In this document: piece after piece, positions 46,147 to 52,361 of the stretch
Layout: each line of letters starts with the position of its first letter
Numbering within the stretch: the first letter of the stretch is position 1
NCBI GenBank assembly: GCA_964585245.1
Contig: CAZPCV010000002.1
Coordinates: 1 to 52,361 of the forward strand
Origin: an uncultured Gammaproteobacteria bacterium
Lineage (GTDB): Bacteria; Patescibacteriota; Patescibacteriia; Magasanikbacterales; GWA2-37-8
Length of the DNA stretch: 52,361 nucleotides
Reading direction: 5' to 3'
Translations under genes and position numbers: made by a program
Notes under the pieces: model-generated
The model's input: only the letters and a program-made list of their open reading frames with translations
Database searches by the model: none
What the model was told of the DNA's origin: nothing

Positions 46147-47295
46147 CTACGCAACTAATTTTAAAATAGTAACTAGCAAACACATGCTAAAAACCCCTAC
46201 GATCGGTACGGCAAAAAAATAAAATTTCCGCCGGCTCAACCCATTAGACTGGCAGACCCGCCAATACACTCTTACTAAAATTAATGCTTCGACACTAATA
46301 AATAATCCACCAATTACTCCTAAAATAGTGGCAAATCCACGCCATCCCAACAAAAACAAGAGAAGCGGCACCCCCAACACCAACAATAATGCCCAGGTAT
46401 TACCCACATGCTCATCCCAGACCAGCGTTTCTTTGAATGCGGTAGCAAGCCCCATAAAGCCGGTACTCATAGCTAGGATCGCCAGAATATTAATAGCGGC
46501 GGACAGCATGGGCCCAAACATCGCTCCGAGCGCTACGGACGCGAGCTCGGTCGTAGCACTCCCGAGCGCCCCCACTACCGCCACACTAAATACGATATAC
46601 ACCATGACCGGAATAATCGTGCCAAGCACCACCGCCTTTTTTAACCGAGCTGGATCGCGTGGAATCAATGCGTGCGCTTCGATAACCGCTGCCGAAGCAT
46701 GAAGAGCAAACAGAATGATACCATAGGGCAACAGCCAATTATGCCAATTAATTGTCAAAAAGTTTGCTCCGTCAAACCGGCCAAAGACAGCCAGCGAAAT
46801 TCCACCTAATAAACTAATGACTGTGATACTAATTATTTTTTCAACGGTCTTAAAACGTTCCAGTCCGGCGGCAACCAGAAAACTCATTACTACCCAAAAA
46901 ATAACGCTCCACCAATCCGCCTTACCGCCGAGGATGGCCTGAATCGCCACCCCCTCGCCCACCAAATAGGCCAACAACACCCCGCAGTCACGCACGATAA
47001 TCGTGAGATTAAAAAACTGCGCTACCCACGGACGCAAATACCGAGCCGCCAAGCCACCGAGTTGCGCGTCGTTACCGACCGCGAGCGCAATCTCTACGAT
47101 CAATAAATTTAATAATAAAATTATTCCACCCAAAACCAAGATATACAACACTCCAGGAATAATTCCGACTTGCGCGATCGCATAGGGCAACCCCAACACC
47201 CCGGCTCCGATCGTCATGCCTGTAATCAAAAAAACAGCCTCCGCGGTAGTGGCGGTTTTTGGGTCTTGGATTTTTTTCGCGTTAACAAATAACAT
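46147..47295 (-). CDS. Amino-acid permease (Trp/Tyr-permease / Aa_trans-like, ~11 TM)
   Basis: 382-aa polytopic ORF. The N-terminal TGMTIGAGVLGLPYAIAQVG is typical of this transporter family (from memory). Confidence 0.65.
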   Translation of the reverse strand: MLFVNAKKIQDPKTATTAEAVFLITGMTIGAGVLGLPYAIAQVGIIPGVLYILVLGGIILLLNLLIVEIALAVGNDAQLGGLAARYLRPWVAQFFNLTIIVRDCGVLLAYLVGEGVAIQAILGGKADWWSVIFWVVMSFLVAAGLERFKTVEKIISITVISLLGGISLAVFGRFDGANFLTINWHNWLLPYGIILFALHASAAVIEAHALIPRDPARLKKAVVLGTIIPVMVYIVFSVAVVGALGSATTELASVALGAMFGPMLSAAINILAILAMSTGFMGLATAFKETLVWDEHVGNTWALLLVLGVPLLLFLLGWRGFATILGVIGGLFISVEALILVRVYWRVCQSNGLSRRKFYFFAVPIVGVFSMCLLVTILKLVA

Positions 47296-47547
47296 GGACG
47301 AATTAATTTTTATCTATTATTCCCTATAGTTTATACTACTTGAGACAAAATTCCAATTACACATATACTCAGACAAAAAAATTATCAACCGTAAAATAAA
47401 AAACAAATCAACTATACTTTGTCGTATAGCTAGTATGCCAAAAAGTACGAAAATAATATTATTACAAGCAGGCAAACAAATTGACCTGGATTAAAAAATA
47501 TCCACAATTTTTAAAAAAATGTATTTCTGATATACTGTTCGTGCTAT

Positions 47548-47593
47548 TGGAGGGAATAGTGACAATTAATATAACCCCTCCATTTTTGGAGGG
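47548..47593 (+). promoter_or_regulatory. Candidate SD-sequestering switch in the 5' leader of 47602-49533
   Basis: CCCTCCA (47576-47582) can pair either with the Shine-Dalgarno TGGAGGG (47587-47593; 7 bp, 4-nt loop, 8 nt before the ATG) or with an identical upstream TGGAGGG (47548-47554). Confidence 0.35.
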
Positions 47594-47601
47594 ATTTTTT
47601 T

Positions 47602-49533
47602 ATGAAAGAAAAAAATACTAACTTTTCTCTATTTTTTATTGCATTTGCTATTTTGGCACTGTGCACAACACTCTGGCCATTTAACTATTCTCTTGGTGCT
47701 CCACCCGGAACTCCGTATACCCCTGGCGAAACAATCACGCCGAGTTGTTCACCGGGTAGCGCAAATTGTACCGTCATGACACCCGCGACCTCGGGTGCAA
47801 ACTCCGACATTACTTCGCTCACTGGCCTCACTACTCCACTCAGCATTGGGCAAGGTGGCACCGGGCTTTCGAACACGCCGGACTATGGCAAAATTCCCGT
47901 GGGTAACGGCAGTGGTGGGTATACCTTGACTGCCACTTCGTCACTGGGTCTTTCCGCGGGGAGTGCAACTCCAGCGGGTTCATCTGGGCAGTTACAGTAT
48001 AACAGTAGCGGCAGTTTGGGGGCAGACAGTGGTTTGTCTTACAGTAGTGTTGCACAGCGACTCACCACCATCTACGCGTCTACCACAGCTTTGACTGGAT
48101 CATATGTCTCTTCGACAAACCTGTTTGCTGGATCATTTACTCTTGGTTCGTTGACCGGTTTCCTCAAAGCGACCGCTGGAGCAATTAGCACTGCACTGAT
48201 AGATTTAGCGAATGATATAACTGGCATATTACCGATTGCCAACGGTGGTACAAATGTTTCTACCGCTCCTAGCTATGGCCAGATACTAGTTGGGAACAGC
48301 GGTGGTGGGTATACGTTGACTGCAACCTCTTCGCTGGGAATTAACGGCGGTCTCGGCATTGCGGGATCAGATACGCAGGTGCAATTTAACAACAGCGGAA
48401 GTTTGGGTGCGAATTCAGGATTAACATACAATAGCGGCGCACAACGACTTGCGGCTACATATGTTTCAAGTACTGGCCAGAGCAGTAGCTATGTTTCGTC
48501 AACAAATTTAATTGCTGGTTCATTTAATTTGGGATCGATTACCGGTTTTCTAAAGGCAACTGCCGGTGCTGTAAGTAACGCACTTATTGATTTAGCTAGC
48601 GACATCACAGGTATTCTACCGATAGCAAATGGCGGCACGGGCCTTACCAGCGCTCCTAGCTACGGACAGTTGTTGATGGGTAATAGTAGTGGCGGATATA
48701 CGCTTACAGCGACGTCATCACTTGGCCTTAGCACGCTTTCTATCGGTGGATCAGATACGCAGGTGCAATTTAACAATTCTGGTAATTTAAGTGGCAATTC
48801 CGGCTTAACGTACACTAGTACTGCGAACCGGCTCACCGCCACATATGTTTCAAGTACCGGTATTAGCGGCTCATACGTATCTTCTACCAGCTTGACCTCT
48901 GGATCATTTACCTTGGGATCGCTCACGGGATTCTTAAAGGCAACAGCTGGAGTAATTAGCACCGCTCTCGTCGATCTAACCAGCAATGTAACTGGTATTT
49001 TGCCGGTGGCCAATGGCGGAAGCGGAACATCTACTGCTTTTACTGCCGGCTCTGTGGTTTTTGCGGATTCAAACAACAAATACAGCCAAAGCAACAGCAG
49101 CTTCTTCTGGGACAATACCAATAAACGCTTGGGTATTGGTACTGCCAGTCCGGGCACGGCTTTTGAGGTCTCAGGCACAGCTACAGCGTCACATATTAAG
49201 GGTGGAGGCAGTACACCTAGTATTTCCGCAGGTGTAGGTGCCGGCACCGGAGGAATCGCCCTTATTTCTGGCACAGATACTGCTGGGCAAATTACCGTAA
49301 CTGCCGGAGTGTTACCAACCGCAGCAGCAACCATTGCTACGGTTACTTTTGCTACCGCATATAGTGGCATTCCTTATGTACAAATCACCCCTGCCAACAG
49401 CACTGCCGCAGCACTCAGCGGCAACGCTCAGGTCTATCCCACCGCCCTCACCACCACGTTTGTATTAACACCAGGCACCACCGCCCTTTCCAACGCCAGC
49501 GTCTATAAGTGGAATTACTTAATCGTAGAATAA
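47602..49533 (+). CDS. Secreted tandem-repeat protein, tail-fibre-like
   Basis: 643-aa ORF with a signal peptide (FSLFFIAFAILALCTTLW). Has three and a half ~128-136-aa repeats built on DITGILPIANGGTG...GGYTLTATSSLG...GSDTQVQFNNSG...SYVSSTNL.AGSF.LGS.TGFLKATAG, followed by a distinct ~165-aa C-terminal domain. Confidence 0.6.
   Translation: MKEKNTNFSLFFIAFAILALCTTLWPFNYSLGAPPGTPYTPGETITPSCSPGSANCTVMTPATSGANSDITSLTGLTTPLSIGQGGTGLSNTPDYGKIPVGNGSGGYTLTATSSLGLSAGSATPAGSSGQLQYNSSGSLGADSGLSYSSVAQRLTTIYASTTALTGSYVSSTNLFAGSFTLGSLTGFLKATAGAISTALIDLANDITGILPIANGGTNVSTAPSYGQILVGNSGGGYTLTATSSLGINGGLGIAGSDTQVQFNNSGSLGANSGLTYNSGAQRLAATYVSSTGQSSSYVSSTNLIAGSFNLGSITGFLKATAGAVSNALIDLASDITGILPIANGGTGLTSAPSYGQLLMGNSSGGYTLTATSSLGLSTLSIGGSDTQVQFNNSGNLSGNSGLTYTSTANRLTATYVSSTGISGSYVSSTSLTSGSFTLGSLTGFLKATAGVISTALVDLTSNVTGILPVANGGSGTSTAFTAGSVVFADSNNKYSQSNSSFFWDNTNKRLGIGTASPGTAFEVSGTATASHIKGGGSTPSISAGVGAGTGGIALISGTDTAGQITVTAGVLPTAAATIATVTFATAYSGIPYVQITPANSTAAALSGNAQVYPTALTTTFVLTPGTTALSNASVYKWNYLIVE
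47803..49026 (+). repeat. Intragenic tandem repeats (periods 408, 387, 384 nt; last copy partial)
   Basis: Repeat starts are at aa 68, 204, 333 and 461 (nt 47803, 48211, 48598, 48982). Conservation is strong at protein level, with many synonymous differences at nucleotide level. Confidence 0.85.
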
Positions 49534-49540
49534 GAGTTCT

Positions 49541-51205
49541 ATGCAACAATGGAAGCTCGTTCTATTTTCTTTTCTCGTTTTTTTCGTACTTTCACCTTTT
49601 CGAGTATTGGCATCGGGGACGATTGATTCTACCTATTATTATGCTTGGAGTGAACGCGCTGGTTGGATCAATTTCTTGCCTTCCGCCGGCAATATTACAG
49701 TCTCCAATTCTACAATTACTGGCTATGCCTGGGTCCCTAATTATGGCTGGATTATACTAGACCCCTCTACGAGCGGGGTAACCAATAACGGCGAGGGAGT
49801 GCTTTCGGGGTATGCCTGGGGCGAACAGTTGGGATTTATCAATTTTTCTGGAGTCACGATTGATCAAGACGGCTATTTTCATGGTTTTGCCAGCTCCACC
49901 GCTACCGGACGAATCAGTTTTAATTGTGTAGACACGAACTCCTGTTCATCATCTGATTTTAAAGTACGCACCAATTGGCGCTCCACTACTACTAATTTAC
50001 CACAAGCACTTAGCGATACCCCACTCACCTTTACCACAACAAGCATCGACCTGCCTAGCAGTGGACAAATTTTTGCAACTACGACACTCATAAACAGTGC
50101 TGAAGCGAAAATTATAATTCCCCGTGGAGCCATAATTCGCAAAGCGGACGGCTCTTTGTTTGATGGGTCAATCGAAATCCCAATTTCCAAAAATAGAGCT
50201 GAACTTCCAAAAGAACTACATAGTTCTAACACTTTTATTAGCGCCGCTGAAATAAATACCGGTGAAACGTCAGTAACTTTTGATAAAAATATTACTGTAA
50301 CTCTGCCCATTCCCAGTGGTAGCAGCCGGACAAATTTACGTATCAATTATTTCGACAGCGGCAGCAATCAATACCGCTTGGCAGGAAACGGCGGCACAAT
50401 AGCAAATGATGGTCAAACTATCAGCGTACAAGTAAACCATTTAACAACTTTTGTCGCTTTGAGCGATGCCAGCTCTGATAATGGGACAAATTTTGCCTCC
50501 GGTGAAACAAAAAATATACCACATACCGCAGCCGTATTCATGCCCCAACCAACCATAAAAAATACATCACTTCCCCAACTAAACGCACAAAATTCCAACA
50601 AAAATGACGTCGATATTCTCTCACCCTCACCAGTCTGCTCGTTATATATATCAGACAAAGAAAAAGCAATGTTAAACAATTCAACTGTACTTAAAAAAAT
50701 ACAAGCTTTTTTAATTGATAATGAAAAAATGAATAACCTTGAGAAGAGTGGCAAATATGATGCCGCTACAAGAAAAGCAATAAATCAGTTTCAACAAAAA
50801 TACGCTACCGATATTTTACTTCAATCTAACCTTACCGCTCCCACTGGGATTATTGGTAAAGCAACAATTCAAAAAATTAACCAACTAGTTTGTGAGTTTG
50901 CAAAATCACCATCCGAGAAATCGGGTTCAAAATTAACTCCTGTGACTACACTTCGTTTTACGAAAGATTTAAAGCCAGGCACCGTTGATCAGCAAGTTTT
51001 ATATTTGCAACAATTTCTGAATGATACCGGTTACATGGTCGCCACCTCCGGCCCAGGTTCACCCGGGCAAGAAACAACTCGTTTTGGCGCCGGAACAGCC
51101 AAAGCGTTGATTGAATTCCAGAAAAAAAACAAGATTAGCCCCGCGAAAGGTTTTTTTGGGCAAATAACTCGGTCCGTACTTCTTAAAATAATCCAACAGA
51201 AATAA
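49541..51205 (+). CDS. Secreted protein with N-terminal G[YF]AW..GWINF repeats and two C-terminal peptidoglycan-binding-like (PG_binding_1-type) domains
   Basis: 554-aa ORF with a signal peptide (LVLFSFLVFFVLSPFRVLA). Has three YAW(S/V/G)...G(W/F)I(N/I)(F/L) motifs. The C-terminal VLKKIQAFLID...ATRKAINQFQQKY and VLYLQQFLNDTGY...GAGTAKALIEFQKKNKI fit the PG-binding helical-bundle pattern (from memory). Lies 7 nt after the previous gene. Confidence 0.6.
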   Translation: MQQWKLVLFSFLVFFVLSPFRVLASGTIDSTYYYAWSERAGWINFLPSAGNITVSNSTITGYAWVPNYGWIILDPSTSGVTNNGEGVLSGYAWGEQLGFINFSGVTIDQDGYFHGFASSTATGRISFNCVDTNSCSSSDFKVRTNWRSTTTNLPQALSDTPLTFTTTSIDLPSSGQIFATTTLINSAEAKIIIPRGAIIRKADGSLFDGSIEIPISKNRAELPKELHSSNTFISAAEINTGETSVTFDKNITVTLPIPSGSSRTNLRINYFDSGSNQYRLAGNGGTIANDGQTISVQVNHLTTFVALSDASSDNGTNFASGETKNIPHTAAVFMPQPTIKNTSLPQLNAQNSNKNDVDILSPSPVCSLYISDKEKAMLNNSTVLKKIQAFLIDNEKMNNLEKSGKYDAATRKAINQFQQKYATDILLQSNLTAPTGIIGKATIQKINQLVCEFAKSPSEKSGSKLTPVTTLRFTKDLKPGTVDQQVLYLQQFLNDTGYMVATSGPGSPGQETTRFGAGTAKALIEFQKKNKISPAKGFFGQITRSVLLKIIQQK

Positions 51206-51257
51206 ACCTTGCCCTACTTGCCACGACTACAAAGTATTACAAGCTTCATTACAGCAC

Positions 51258-51292
51258 TAAAAAAACGCCAGATACATATCTAGCGTTTTTTT
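51258..51292. terminator. Bidirectional intrinsic terminator (554-aa gene and tRNA-Val)
   Basis: A 9-bp stem (one mismatch) ACGCCAGAT/ATCTAGCGT, flanked by an A-run upstream and TTTTTTT downstream. Confidence 0.65.
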
Positions 51293-51356
51293 ATTCCGAC
51301 CTCTGGTCTATTAGTAGTAAATTTTTAACAGGGGTCTTTGGACATTTTATTAGATG

Positions 51357-51430
51357 TGCACGCCAAGGGATTCGAACCCCTGACCCCCTCGGTGTAAACG
51401 AGGTGCTCTAACCAACTGAGCTAGGCGTGC
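51357..51430 (-). tRNA. tRNA-Val (anticodon UAC)
   Basis: Hand-folded cloverleaf: acceptor GCACGCC/GGCGTGC, D-arm GCTC-AGTTGGTTA-GAGC, anticodon arm CCTCG-TTTACAC-CGAGG, variable GGGTC, T-arm AGGGG-TTCGAAT-CCCTT, discriminator A. CCA is not encoded. Confidence 0.9.
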
Positions 51431-51448
51431 TTTTGGGTAACGATACAA

Positions 51449-51477
51449 ATAATAGCCAATCTAATTAAAAAAGTCAA
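51449..51477 (-). promoter_or_regulatory. Sigma-70-type promoter of tRNA-Val
   Basis: Minus strand: TTGACT (51477-51472), a 17-nt spacer, then TATTAT (51454-51449), about 18 nt upstream of the mature 5' end. Confidence 0.6.
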
Positions 51478-51605
51478 CAAAGCAGCCGGTTGTTGATCCT
51501 TGAAACAAGTCAGATTCTAAAAAATTTACCAAACGGCCAAAATGCCAATTAGTTGAATGCTAAAAATTTGGCTAAAAATGAAGATTTTATGACTGTAATT
51601 ACCCC

Positions 51606-51634
51606 TTGACAAATACCTAAAAATGTGCTATTAT
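51606..51634 (+). promoter_or_regulatory. Sigma-70-type promoter of the terminal GT4 gene
   Basis: TTGACA (51606-51611), a 17-nt spacer, then TATTAT (51629-51634), 33 nt upstream of the ATG at 51668. Confidence 0.6.
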
Positions 51635-51667
51635 TTATGGTTTTATAAGTAACATAACGCTAAAACT

Positions 51668-52361
51668 ATGCGTATTGTGATGATCGGCCAAAAAGGTCTT
51701 CCGACCATCTACGGCGGTATTGAACGCCATGTAGAAGAGCTTAGTGTTCGCCTGGCAGCAGAAGGGCACGATGTTTTAGCATACGTCCGAGACTGGTATA
51801 CCCCGGTTACAAAAACCTCTCATAAAGGGGTGCAGTTATTGCGCGCTCCGACACTACACAGCAAACATCTAGATGCGATCGTGCACACCTTTACGGCCAC
51901 TATTCATGCCTTGTTCCAAAAACCGGATATTATTCACTACCATGGCGTGGGCCCATCGTTGCTGAGCTTCATTCCTCGCTTATTCAAACCCAGCATCAAA
52001 GTGGTAGTAACTTTCCACTGTATTGATCGCTACCATCAAAAATGGGGTCCATTCGCCCGCTTCTTATTAAAGCTCGGCGAAAGAGCCGCGTGTCTGTTCC
52101 CGCACAAGACTATCGCTGTCTCGAAAACCATTCAAAATTATTGTTTCAATGAATATCGTGAAAATACCGTGTATATCCCGAATGGTGTCGGCGTGCCCGA
52201 AACTGCCGGCACCAGCACCCTTGCCCAATGGGGAGTAAAACCGCAAAAATACTTATTGATGGTATCGCGGTTGGTGAAACATAAAGGAGCACACTATTTG
52301 GTAGACGCCTGGCGCCGCTTCAAACAAAGTTTCCCAGACTTGGCGGCTGAATATAAATTAG
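51668..52361 (+). CDS. GT4 glycosyltransferase, 5' partial (runs off the window end)
   Basis: Not in the ORF track because no stop is reached. My hand translation is open for 231 codons: MRIVMIGQKGLPTIYGGIERHVEELSVRLAAEGHDV...HYHGVGPS...LLMVSRLVKHKGAHYLVDAW, a typical GT4 N-terminal domain. Confidence 0.75.
   Translation, partial: MRIVMIGQKGLPTIYGGIERHVEELSVRLAAEGHDVLAYVRDWYTPVTKTSHKGVQLLRAPTLHSKHLDAIVHTFTATIHALFQKPDIIHYHGVGPSLLSFIPRLFKPSIKVVVTFHCIDRYHQKWGPFARFLLKLGERAACLFPHKTIAVSKTIQNYCFNEYRENTVYIPNGVGVPETAGTSTLAQWGVKPQKYLLMVSRLVKHKGAHYLVDAWRRFKQSFPDLAAEYKL

Noticed and set aside
1-52361. CRISPR arrays, cas genes, rRNA genes, IS elements, prophage blocks, toxin-antitoxin pairs
   Set aside because: I saw no regularly spaced short direct repeats, and no ORFs with transposase, integrase, RT, Cas or phage structural signatures. 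The intergenic space is too small to hide an array, apart from the regions described individually.

Overview
This is a gene-dense, A+T-leaning bacterial chromosome fragment. I saw no rRNA, CRISPR array, transposase, integrase or reverse transcriptase. The gene content (many glycosyltransferases, O-antigen-ligase/TPR fusions, a DUF2207-like protein, an ECF sigma factor with a DUF5667-like partner, large Thr/Ser-rich surface proteins) reminds me of Patescibacteria/CPR genomes. That placement is inference from memory, not a search result.

Layout:
- 163-25877: 23 collinear minus-strand genes form a glycan-biosynthesis super-operon, with many 1-13 bp gaps or overlaps. It holds a CDP-3,6-dideoxyhexose pathway (rfbF, rfbG-like, rfbH/E1, SDR reductase/epimerase), an embedded split transketolase, three SAM methyltransferases, an AsnB-type amidotransferase and UDP-xylose synthase. 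It also holds five GT4, three GT2 polyprenyl-phosphate-sugar synthases and three large polytopic GT-C-like membrane proteins. A further GT4 is transcribed divergently at 25931-27106.
- 27078-40098: envelope block. Two paralogous Wzy_C/O-antigen-ligase-like proteins with TPR tails, a DUF2207-like protein, a TPR protein, and an ECF sigma / membrane anti-sigma-like pair directly upstream of a 1231-aa secreted repeat surface protein.
- 40099-44624: an excisionase-type HTH gene with a textbook promoter, a 581-aa membrane-anchored repeat protein, then the most unusual locus in the window. Two G+C-rich, mutually unrelated lipoprotein genes are each followed by the same ~148-bp structured 3' element (62 bp identical between copies).
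- 44625-47295: metK behind a ~300-nt hairpin-rich G+C-rich leader with its own canonical promoter, and an amino-acid permease.
- 47602-51205: a secreted tandem-repeat (tail-fibre-like) protein and a secreted protein with two peptidoglycan-binding-like domains.
- tRNA-Val(UAC) at 51357-51430 and the 5' part of another GT4 gene running off the window end.

Coordinates of small non-coding features were hand-indexed and may be off by 1-2 nt.
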